Source: Magallana gigas (taxonomy: Eukaryota). Taken from it: DNA of 64,000 bases. Shown one piece after another: positions 12,001 through 22,341 of the stretch. The first letter of the stretch is position 1. The number at the start of each line of letters is the position of its first letter. The position numbers were made by a program, and so were the translations under genes. The stretch covers positions 30,380,001-30,444,000 of the forward strand of contig NC_088860.1 in NCBI RefSeq assembly GCF_963853765.1, given 5' to 3'. The notes below the pieces were generated by a model. The model ran no database searches. It was not told where the DNA came from and worked only from the letters and a program-made list of their open reading frames with translations.

Positions 12001-15000
12001 GAAAATTCTGTATGAAAAATTGGACCATGTACACAAAAGTGGAGCCAAGGTGGTGTTATCCAAGCTACCTATTGGAGATGTAGCCACGCAATATTTTGCA
12101 GACAGGTATTATTTATTTGGCGGGAGGGATTGTTATGAGCAAACACTTCTAAGGGCAAGGTTTAATAAGAATTCATTCCAAAGAGGCAGCTGCAATGATG
12201 TTCACTCACGATGGTCTTCTGAAAAATTAACTTGAAGACAATGCCTTATGGCTTTACTGAGCTTGACTGTCTTAATATTAATTGTAATATGGTTGGATGG
12301 CTTCACATGTTTGGCTGTCAATTTCAACTATTGAATCATAATTTGAAGAATGAGCAACTATAAGCATTATATAGATGATTTGTTATATCATTAGTGTAGT
12401 AACCCAATCAAGCAAACAAAGTTTACACTTGACTATTTGATATGGTATTAGATGGTACAAAACAAAACAACAATAAAGCAGCATGGTAGTTTTTCTAGAC
12501 ATGACAGATGTACTAATACTTTTATTTTTTGCAACTCTTGGGGTGTTGTAAAATCATTTAAGGAAATTCCTGGTGGTTCAATAATCATGGTTTTTATTGG
12601 CATTCCTTGCTTAAAAATTTATTCCTTTCACAAATCATGAAACAGTCTAACTCTTTATTCAATATTCATACAAGTAAATCCACAAAATTATTTTCCCATA
12701 ATTCAGTTAAAATTTTACAGTCCTGAAAAATTGGCCCCAAAGAATTTAGATATACAGCACAATAGATAAAAGAATGCATATTTATACTGATATATTTTTG
12801 TATTGATGAGACCACACAAATGAGAGATCATATTAAAGGATTTGTAAAATTACAAGTTGTAATGAAGTGATAAAATTTTAGACAAGTATGTAAAATAATT
12901 CTAATGTTCAGTGATAAAATCATTGAATGGAATTAAGGCAACAAATGCAATGATGTTTACTCACGATGGTCTTCTGATTTGAATTCTGAAGACAATGCCT
13001 TATGGCTTTGCTGAGCATATTTGTCTGCTACATCTTTCAATGAGAACTCGTTTTTCTTAAAAAGTTCATCACAAGATTTAATTGCTACTCAATGTACAAT
13101 ATTTTAATTTGATAGTTCTTTGATTTCAATTGGGAAATAACTGTAGTGCACTTGTATGCTCTAATCTAACTAAATTTACTTTATGTTATATAGAGACATG
13201 TTCTGTGCTGGTCGGGTGCCAGACGAGGATCTGAAGAGAACATTGAAGGCGTGTGGAGGATCCATTCAGACCACCTGTCAGAACCTGGCCAGCAACGTGC
13301 TGGGGTCCTGTGAAAAGTTCGAGGAAATTCAAATCGGTGGAGAGAGGTAGATTCTTTTGATGTCAAAAGTGATGACTTGAAATTATTTGTAATTTGTTAT
13401 TTTAGTAATGAATGCAGCATATACAGGTAATTGCCCCACTTTCAACCATCGTTGTATCATGTTGTAAACTGGTGATTCCCTACTTCAGGTACAATTTGTT
13501 CACTGGCTGTCCTCAAGCAAAAACCTGTACCATGATCCTCAGAGGTGGTGCAGAGCAGTTCATTGAGGAAACAGAAAGATCTCTTCATGATGCTATCATG
13601 ATTGTCAGAAGAGCCATGAAGAATGATGCTGTTGTTGCAGGTGTGAATGTTTGAAAATTTACAATGTAATTAATTTTTAGCTCATCTGAGCTTCAATTAA
13701 TTGGAATGTGGTAGCAATTTTGGACTTTCTTGTTATTGCTTCCAGCTTTCCTTCTGAAATACCAAGTGGAGTCTCTTGTTAATCTGTATGTTTTTCAAGT
13801 GCTAATAATCTTGGTGAAAGAAAGTTCTCAAGATTTATGCATGGAATGTCATTTGTTTGTGCCATTCCATCACCATATCTTTAGACAGATTAATTGTAAG
13901 CTACCATATTTTGTTAGTTTTTGTTAAAGAAAAATCATCCTCCTTGTCCATGTGTCAGTCAACACATTACTTAAGTTTTTAGTATAAAGTTTTTAAAGGA
14001 GAGTTCCTTTAATGGAGTGGTTTAGCAAACCAACCGGTACTTGTACGTTTAGGTTTCAAGGTAAAAATACACATACTAAGTTCACATTACTTTTCTTGTT
14101 TGGCAGTTATTATTTAACGCATACTTGTACTTGTAAATGTTTTAAATTGTAACTTTTATGTACTCTCCTTTTACCCTGGGTATTGATAATCGCAGTGGAA
14201 ATCTGAAGATAGCAAGTGAACATTGTGTCATATGTATTTATATTTGTTTGTGTCAACAGTGTGTTTAATTACAGATGATAAAGAGTCATTGCATGGTTTA
14301 GCAAGAAGCGATGTGTATTAAAACCTGAACAACACAACACATTTCAGTGAAAATATATCATTGAAATCTTTATATTAGTAGTTGCATTAAATGCTAAGGC
14401 TTTAGGAAAACAAAGGCTTTTGTTCATATAAATAGCCAACAAGTCAATAGAAACTACATGTTTGATCCTACGTGTACTTCTTAATCTACATTTATGTTTA
14501 TTCATGTACATACATGCATGTAGAAATTTGTCATTACAAAAACTGATGACATTCATAATGCAAATGTATTCCTTTGCACACTAACTTGTAGGCGTTGGTT
14601 TGCTAAACCTCACCATTATTTCATGTGATGTCTTACATTTTAAAAATCTACCATGATTTTGATGAATTTTAAACATGAGTAAAAAAAAAAAAAAAAAAAA
14701 AAAGACATATCCTGATGAGTGTCAGTAATAGGAATTCTTTTTAGTGTATACGAATACCAAATGGAGTCTCTTGTTGAACTGCATGTTTTTCAAGTGCTAA
14801 ATATCTTGGTGAAAGAAAGTTCTCAAGATTTATGCTTGGAATGTCATTTGTATGTGCCATTCCATCACCATATCTTTAGACAAAACAAGTGTAAACCAAC
14901 AACTTGTTAAATATTCGGGAAAAAGGAAGCCCAATACAAATCGCCTTTGTCCTTGTGTCCCTACTCCTGTTCATCCATGGGTCAATCAACACTTAAACTT

Positions 15001-16417
15001 TTTTGTAACACAACTACCAGAATAGTTCCTTATTATGATGAGCTCCAACATCATTTCAGTGACCACTTTTTATAAGGCCTAACAAAAAAATAGGTTTGTT
15101 TCCGCTTTCAGGATGAAAAAAATTAGGGTCGGTAGGTCGGCTTTTTTTTTTTTACTTTCACCCTGAATCTTACATTTCTCGAGCTCAACTGGAACGACAT
15201 GTGCTGCCATTTGTAAATAACAAACATCTACACAACACTGATGACATCTAAATATTTGATAAAGTTCTATAAGCGTTTTTACGACTTAAATTTAGAGGAC
15301 ACATTAAATTCTTAAATCAGATAAAAACGAAATTTTAACAAAAAACGGATATAAACGGAAATTTACGAAAAAACTTGAAAAAAAAATTGGGGGTTGGCGG
15401 GTTTAAGTTAGGGTTGGTCGGAAAAGCGGAAACAAACCTATTTTTTGTTAGGCCTAAGAAGACTTCAATAAAAAATATTCTGCTATAATTATGACAATTT
15501 TCAAATGGGAGTAAAAATAAATTTACATTCCGATTTCAAGTGTCAATGATTCGAATTGATTTTAACTCACCTGAGCTTGAAAGCTTAAGTGAGCTCTTCT
15601 TCAGTTTCCTTATTAAATACCAAGTGGAGTCTCTTGTTTAACTGCATGTTTTTCAAGTGCTAAAAATCTTGGTGAAAGAAAGTTCTCAAGATTTATGCAT
15701 GGAATGTCATTTGTATGTGCCATTCCATCACCATATCTTTAGACAAATTAAGTCATTCTTTAAGGTTGTTTTTAAAAAAGCTCAGGTGTGCGCTGGCCCA
15801 TTTTGCTGCTCGTTAAGAATCTGCTTGGTGTGGTTTTCTGTTCTATGAAATGTTTTTGCAATATAATTCTCATACAATATTTACTCAAATTTGCAGGTGG
15901 AGGAGCCATCGAGATGGAACTAAGCAAGTACTTGAGGGATTACTCGAGGACCATCGCAGGGAAAGAACAACTCATGATCAGTGCAATGGCCAAAGCATTG
16001 GAAATCATTCCCAGACAGCTCTGTGATAATGCAGGCTTTGATGCTACAAATATACTAAACAAACTTCGCCAGAGCCATGCAGAAGGTAACTTTAGTTTTG
16101 AGAGACATTTCTATTGAAATTTGCATAAATGTAAGTTAATTTATCTAAATTATGTATGTGCTCATGTTATTGTGACACATTACTGTCTGTCTACAGGAGC
16201 ACTATGGTCTGGTGTCAACATAATGAAGGAGGACATATGTGACAACTTTGAGGGTTTTGTGTGGGAACCAGCAGTCGTCAAAATCAACGCTATCACTGCC
16301 GCCTCGGAAGCAACGTGTCTCATCCTCTCAGTGGACGAAACCATTAAGAACCCCAAGTCTGGTGGAGACGCCCCCGGGGGTCCAGGGATGGGGCGTGGTA
16401 GGGGAAGGCCCATGTGA
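9038..16417 (+). CDS. CCT7: T-complex protein 1 subunit eta (chaperonin CCT7), 12 coding exons
   Basis: Exons 9038-9043, 9688-9841, 10066-10172, 10302-10427, 10932-10984, 11090-11261, 11695-11859, 11972-12105, 13194-13346, 13489-13640, 15897-16085, 16197-16417. Peptides [82 protein letters not shown] and C-terminal GRGRGRPM are diagnostic of the eta subunit. Confidence 0.98.
12190..12265 (+). ncRNA. SNORD35: C/D box snoRNA, SNORD35 (U35/yeast snR73)-like, copy 1
   Basis: C box atgatgt 12195-12201, D' ctga, C' tgaaga, D ctga 12257-12260. The guide ctcacgatggtct is complementary to 28S rRNA AGACCGUCGUGAG, and the +5 rule points to the C methylated by U35. Located in CCT7 intron 8; a second copy lies in the same intron. 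Confidence 0.85.
12944..13020 (+). ncRNA. SNORD35: C/D box snoRNA, SNORD35-like, copy 2
   Basis: Same boxes and guide (atgatgtttactcacgatggtcttctga...tgaagacaatgccttatggctttgctga) with terminal stem atgc/gcat. Flanks are unrelated to those of copy 1, so conservation is confined to the RNA. Confidence 0.85.
13759..13890 (+). ncRNA. SNORA3: H/ACA snoRNA, SNORA3/SNORA45 (yeast snR11)-like, copy 1
   Basis: Hairpin 1 accaag..cttggt has pocket tggagtc/gct pairing 28S GAGC-U-UGACUCUA. H box aaagaa. Hairpin 2 atggaatg..cattccat has pocket ttatgc/cacc, compatible with 28S GGUG-U-AGCAUAA (the mollusc 28S sequence at this site is assumed). ACA at 13885-13887, 14 nt after the pocket. CCT7 intron 10. Confidence 0.8.
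14010..14618. mobile_element. MITE with 25-bp TIRs, probable TA TSD
   Basis: taatggagtggtttagcaaaccaac (14010-14034) matches the reverse complement of gttggtttgctaaacctcaccatta (14594-14618) with 2 mismatches. Confidence 0.65.
14754..14885 (+). ncRNA. SNORA3: H/ACA snoRNA, SNORA3-like, copy 2
   Basis: Near-identical to copy 1 over ~132 nt, ending agACAaaa. Confidence 0.8.
15075..15455. mobile_element. MITE with ~34-bp TIRs (aggcctaacaaaaaaataggtttgtttccgcttt)
   Basis: Clear terminal inverted repeats. A related aggcct-ended element occurs at 35265-35531. Confidence 0.8.
15617..15748 (+). ncRNA. SNORA3: H/ACA snoRNA, SNORA3-like, copy 3
   Basis: Near-identical third copy ending agACAaat, about 150 nt upstream of the exon 11 acceptor. 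Confidence 0.8.
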
Positions 16418-17481
16418 AGACAATCTAACCCTAGGAACAAATTATGAACAAAAGGATTCCTGTCGTTTAACTTGGCAAAGTAGATCTGCAAAGTGGTGAT
16501 TTATTTCAGAAGTGTTTTCAAAATTCCTCCAAAATGACATATACAAATGGAAACGTGAAGTATTCCTGTGTTCAACTGTTCATCTCATCACTGAACATTA
16601 ACAGCCCTGTTGGGCTCAGTACTTAACTCGTGTGAAATCCCCATTGTGAGAGACTGAAAATTCTGTGAGAGCTGTGATGTACATTAGATTAATGTATGAA
16701 CTTTTTATTTTAATTGTGCTTTATATATTTATTATTTTGAGAATAAAATCTACTGAATATATACAGCAACTGAATTATTGTGTACCAGTATGTAAGGAAG
16801 CTCCACAGCTCTTAACATATTTGGAGTTAACCAGTGTCGTTGCATATTTGTTGTAAACTCACTGGACATATACCTCTTTCACAAAGGTTATTTTGCTAAA
16901 GTTAAAAGAACATTAAATAGATGTTAATTTAATGGTGTGGTAGGATGTGGAGAAGGTAAAGATAATCTAGTCCCAAGTTGCTGGATTTGAATCGATAAAA
17001 ATTTCTTTATCCTAATTTGTGTCCCATATATATACAAACTTTCGATCAGTGATTTTATTTTTAAAATGTCTGGTGTAATTGAAGGGTTATGGTTTCAGTA
17101 CAAGGAATTCAACCTGGCAGCCTAGCAGCCAACGAAATAAAATTTGATTGGGAATGAGAGGGAATGAAAATGTATTGGTAGTATACGTGCATTGTACCTG
17201 ACTTAAAATCTTGCATTTTGAAATGGTAATAATGAATACTATAAAGGAAATGTTTGTGTTTAAGCTTCCTGTTATAAATCATGATACTGATGACCTCATC
17301 TAGCATGAACTGCCTTAATATGGTGTTGGCCTCTTCATAAGACAGAAGGATGCAAAGAAACATGTCAATGAAGGGAGACTAGCTTGAATAGTTCCTGGCT
17401 ACTGATAGAGAATTAATGTTGGGGTTTTGTAGCATTTGTTAAAAAGGATCTTGCCATGAACCTTGTTTCTGGGCTTGTGAA

Positions 17482-17810
17482 GGTGGCTCACTACACTGTA
17501 AAATATTTTCTCAAATCAGCAGAAAATTACTTGATTATGATAGATATCATAATGGATAAGAAGTATTTAAGTCCAATAGGCAAAAAAATTTGCAATTTTG
17601 GATAAAAAATTACATTTTCAAAAATTTAATTCAGTTAACATAAACAATAGCTCAAGGCAGATTTGAACTCATGATCTACGGTTCAGAAGCCCAATACTTT
17701 AACCACTGAGCTACAATGATATACAACCTAACCGAACGATATAAAAAGTTTAACAAAACATTTAAATCGCCATCTTGTGACATAGCTTCTTAAAAGTGTA
17801 GTGAGGTACC
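17482..17810 (-). mobile_element. TTAA-type MITE (Kolobok/piggyBac-like) containing a tRNA-derived segment
   Basis: TIR ggtggctcactacac / gtgtagtgaggtacc followed by ttaa. The interior is the inverse of the copy at 59741-60092. Bases 17656-17714 read gtagctcagtggttaaagtattgggcttctgaaccgtagatcatgagttcaaatctgcc on the minus strand. Confidence 0.75.
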
Positions 17811-18732
17811 TTAAAGCTGAAAACTACTTGTTAAGCCTTATTAGGGCCCTTCTTTGTAGGCACCCTACAGTAATCAGTCCATCTGTTCTTCCATTTGTCC
17901 ATCCAAGATCGCTTGTCCGGAGCATATCTTCTTTCCACTTGGTCCAATCTGGCTCATACTTCACACACAGCATGCCTTTGGGTAAAGAATGTGCAGTGAC
18001 CCTGAACCATGTTTCTAGGTTGAAGCTAAAGGTCATAGCAGAATTATATGAAAAATCCTCGCCCAGAGCAAATCTTTTTTATCCCTTTGGTCCAATCTGG
18101 CTCACAGAGTGCCTATGATCAAAGGGTTTACAGTTATCTTAAATGATGTTTGTAGGTCAAGTGTCATGGTAGTGTTGGATCACACTAAATTATTTTTAAG
18201 AGCACGTATATTCTAGCTCTCCACTTGGCCCTATTTGGCTCCTACTTCACATTAACAGAGCTTTTTGGATTAAGATGTGCAGTGACTTGAAAATTTGAAC
18301 CAAGTCAATGTGAAGGTCATAGTGGATCTCTTAATAATCGGTTTTAGACTGTAGATTATTTCCCATTAGCTTAATCTTGCTCAGGTTGAAAAAAATGCTT
18401 GTATGTTTTTTTATAAGTTATAGGTCAAGGTCAAAGAAAAATTCTCTGAAATGCTTTTCATCCTATTGTCCATTATTTCAGTGGGGACTTTAAAGATGGT
18501 CACCATCTCAATGTTGTCTAGATTGTTATCCTTTGCCTCTATCCCTACAACTCTCTATATATAAGCCTCTTGCCTTTAAACTGTTTAAAGTATTTTAAAT
18601 CTGTTGTTTATGTCCTTTTGCATCATCAATCATGATAATTAATGTGTCCACAAACTGGAACTGTACAGATTACTTCTACTACTGTAGTTTCCAGCAGAAA
18701 AAGATAATATACAAATTGCATTAATATTTTAA

Positions 18733-21700
18733 TCATAAAAACATATCTTCAAAATAATCTTCAAATTCTTCATCCCTAAAAAAAAAGAAGATAAAATGAA
18801 CTTAAATAATTAGTATACAAAAGCCAGATGTACATGTATACTTAAAAATATTCATAAGTTAATTCATAATGAAATTTCTTTTGAAAATAAAATAAAAACA
18901 TATAAAACTTGAAAAGTTCTGAACACAAACATTATTTACATAACTTGATCCCATTCAATACTGCAATAATGAAGTGTGAATAGTTTATCACAAATTACCT
19001 TGATTTCTCTTCTGAGACTTTGGCTGGACCACTCCAAATGGATTTCTCATCTTCATTAGAGGTCTCTTTTTGTTTACTTGAAGAAGCTTCTGGATTGTCT
19101 TCATCTAAAATGAATTCTGTAAAATTATATTATACAATATGATTATTACTCCTTATATGCTTTACAATATCAAATAGATTGTATTTGTGTACAAGTTAAA
19201 CAATTTGCAAAATGTAATCTTTTGAATTTGTAACAACTGTTGGATTGAAATGCAAAGTACACATATTTATTGTATCTGTTCAGGAACAAGCTACTTAACC
19301 ATTTTTGTAAAGAGCATGTAAATTCAGCACCATGCAGTGTACCTGTATCTGGTGTGGGGCTTTCGTGGCGAGATTTGTGTTTCTTGTTCTTGGATTCACT
19401 TCGTTTGTCCCTCTTCCTTTGTTTTGGAAGAATTTCTTTCTTTCTAAAAATGCATGTAGAAAACTCATACAATGTTTTATATGAAAACCAAAAATTTTGG
19501 TGGTTTTTTTTTTTAAAGATTCAGTTCCCTATTCTTTAAAATGATTTTTTTTTTTCATTTTAATAATTAGGCTTTTGAATGAAGTAGCCATACAATTATT
19601 GTTTGGATAAATGAGTAGATTTTTTAATAGTCTAGCTGTCTTGTATAGTTACATGTAGATCTGGGCTGCGTTCAAGATAGTGGCTGCTACGTACACTCTA
19701 GCTTTTAAGTCAGACACAGTACCATCAGACCCAACCTAACACCAGAGTAAACCCCAATTAAACCCGGGTTTACTTTGGGTTTACTTTTTGAAAAGTTGGG
19801 TCCACTTGGGGTTTACTTTGGGTTTACTCGGGGTTTACTCAAGAATTGCTTTTGGGGTCAACTGTTCGCACTGAGGTGTGAAGCAGACCTGTAATTTATC
19901 TTACCATCTAACTGCTTGTAATTTCTGCCCCTTGTATACTCCGAATACACATGTAGTGTCTGCTTTCAGGGGTATACTTCTGATCGGGGTTTACTCTCTG
20001 TGTCCATTTTGGGTTTACTCTGGGTCCACTCTAGTAAATCCGGAGTAAACCAAGGGTTTAGTTGGGGTTTACTTTCTTGTTAGGTTGGGTCTGATCAGTA
20101 CTGTACATGTATATAAGTCCTGTTGAATGCACTGAATGAATTAATGCTGTTAATGCTAAACTAGCATATTGTTCACAGAGCTAGGTAGCTGCCACAATCA
20201 AGCATGCAGCCCTGTACACATTCAATTGTGCAATCATTAACTTACTTGTGGTGGTAGTTTAATCTGTATGAACAATCTGGACACAGTCCTAAATAAACAG
20301 CAAGTACATGTCAATCATTCTCCAGTAAGTAAGGTACAGTAAAACACGGTCATAGCGAACACTCTTATAACGAATTGACGCTTACAGCGAAGTGAATTTC
20401 ATTCCCAAAGACTCTATTTCATGTTTTAAACTTGACTGATAAAACGAATTACGCTTATAACGAAGATAATTTGCCCGTCGCTGGGACTTCGTTATAAGCG
20501 TGTTTTACTTGTACATATATTTGTTTTACATTTGCATCTCTTGCTCCATATTTCTATAATAAGTCATGAAAGAACTATATATGATAAGAGTTAAATTTGG
20601 CCCCCATAATTCACCATTTTTTAAAGTGTTATGGGTACAATAAAATGTTATGCTATAATTTAGAAGAGTTGATATAAAATATATTTTTCACATATTTGTT
20701 TGATTAATTTGCACTCACATGCAGTATATGACGTCAGAAGTGACGCTATTATATAATTTTATCAAAATCAGACGAAAATTGACATTTTTCTCATCTTTTT
20801 ACGAATGGGAAATATAGAGCGCATGCTCGAACCAGGACAAATTTTTTGTCACTTATTAGGCTTGGCTAAATATATCTCTGATTAAAACATTTTGTTGGTT
20901 CAAGCATGCGCTTTATGTTTCCTGAAAGAAAAACTGCTTGAAAACAAGCTCTTTTATACTAAAATGCAAAAATGGCGGGAAAAGGTTGTCTTTACAATGC
21001 CGTATTTCTAAATTGTGGGCACTTGAATCAAAATGAACATTAGATAAAAACATTACATATATATCTGTACAAAAAAAACAAAGAATTACAGTGAAATAAT
21101 GATATTCCTTTTAGGGGGCCATTTTAGGCCCATACCATATATAGTCCTTTAATGGTGAAAATCTTTAAGAACATTGAACTTGCCCAAAATATTAAATCTG
21201 AACTCGTATAAATACAGTATATGAACAATTTCAACAATGTTGAACAATTCATTCCTGTAATTCAAAACCAGTATAAATCTATAACTTACTTAATTTAACA
21301 AGTGCGTTTTTCTTTTCGCCGCCTTCAACATATGCAAAATTAACCTCCCAACTTCGCAGTCCATTCTTTTCATCACATTTTCTGTTTCCACAACTAAAAT
21401 GACCTACATGTGAAAACAATTCAAAGATGATGCTTTAAAATACATTTATGATAAATACCCTTTTTTAAAAATCACAATTTTTTTTAACAAATGGAAAATT
21501 GGCTTGCAACATAAACAAGTATCATCATCATTACTTAAATGTGTCAAATAATATGGTCAAAATATAAAAAGAATTCTGCTTCTATCAATTAAATTGTACA
21601 ATTAGAGAGTATGTTCACAATGTTTTTACCTTTCCCTTCAACAACTTCTTTTTCAATTCTCCACCTCATGGCAACCTGAAAAGTAGATTACAGTGTATTG

Positions 21701-22305
21701 AGATCCAAGAAAATACAATTAGAATTTAACTTAATTGACATCTCTGCTTTAGTTAAACTTAATTCTGCTATGACTTTGATATAGAACATGACTCAAGGTT
21801 ACTGCACATCCTTTACCTGCAGGCAGTCTTTTAATAAAGTCTGAGCAAGAGAGGGCAAAATAGAAAGAAAACACTGTCCAGACGAATTTTTTTTCAAAGA
21901 TCTGCTTTGAACCTAATTACTGACCAAAACAATTAGTTAAAGTTCACTACACATCCATTTCCTACAAGAAGTATGAACAAGTTTAGGCCAAGGGTAGAGC
22001 ATATATGGTACAATCGCTGATTTTTCAAAGGTTTAAAGGGACATGGTCACAATTTTGGTCAAAAATTATTTTTTCTATTTTATTGTATACAATGCTTCAG
22101 TAAGGCATTTTTGATAAGCAACCAAATTTGGGTATCATTTTTTGGGTCATGAGCAAGTTACAGAGCATACAATTCTTTGCTATGTAAACAAAGCTTTTGT
22201 TTACATTTTGAACGTTGAAGTGAAAATTCCAGTTCTAGAACTAAGATTAATGTGTTAAACATTATGAACTGTTTATTTATGCTTATAAATTGAATAAGAA
22301 GATAG

Positions 22306-22341
<36 letters not shown>

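Noticed and set aside
17656-17714. tRNA gene call for the tRNA-like segments here and at 59850-59908 and 28496-28585
   Set aside because: No complete acceptor stem or cloverleaf; they are embedded in dispersed repeats.
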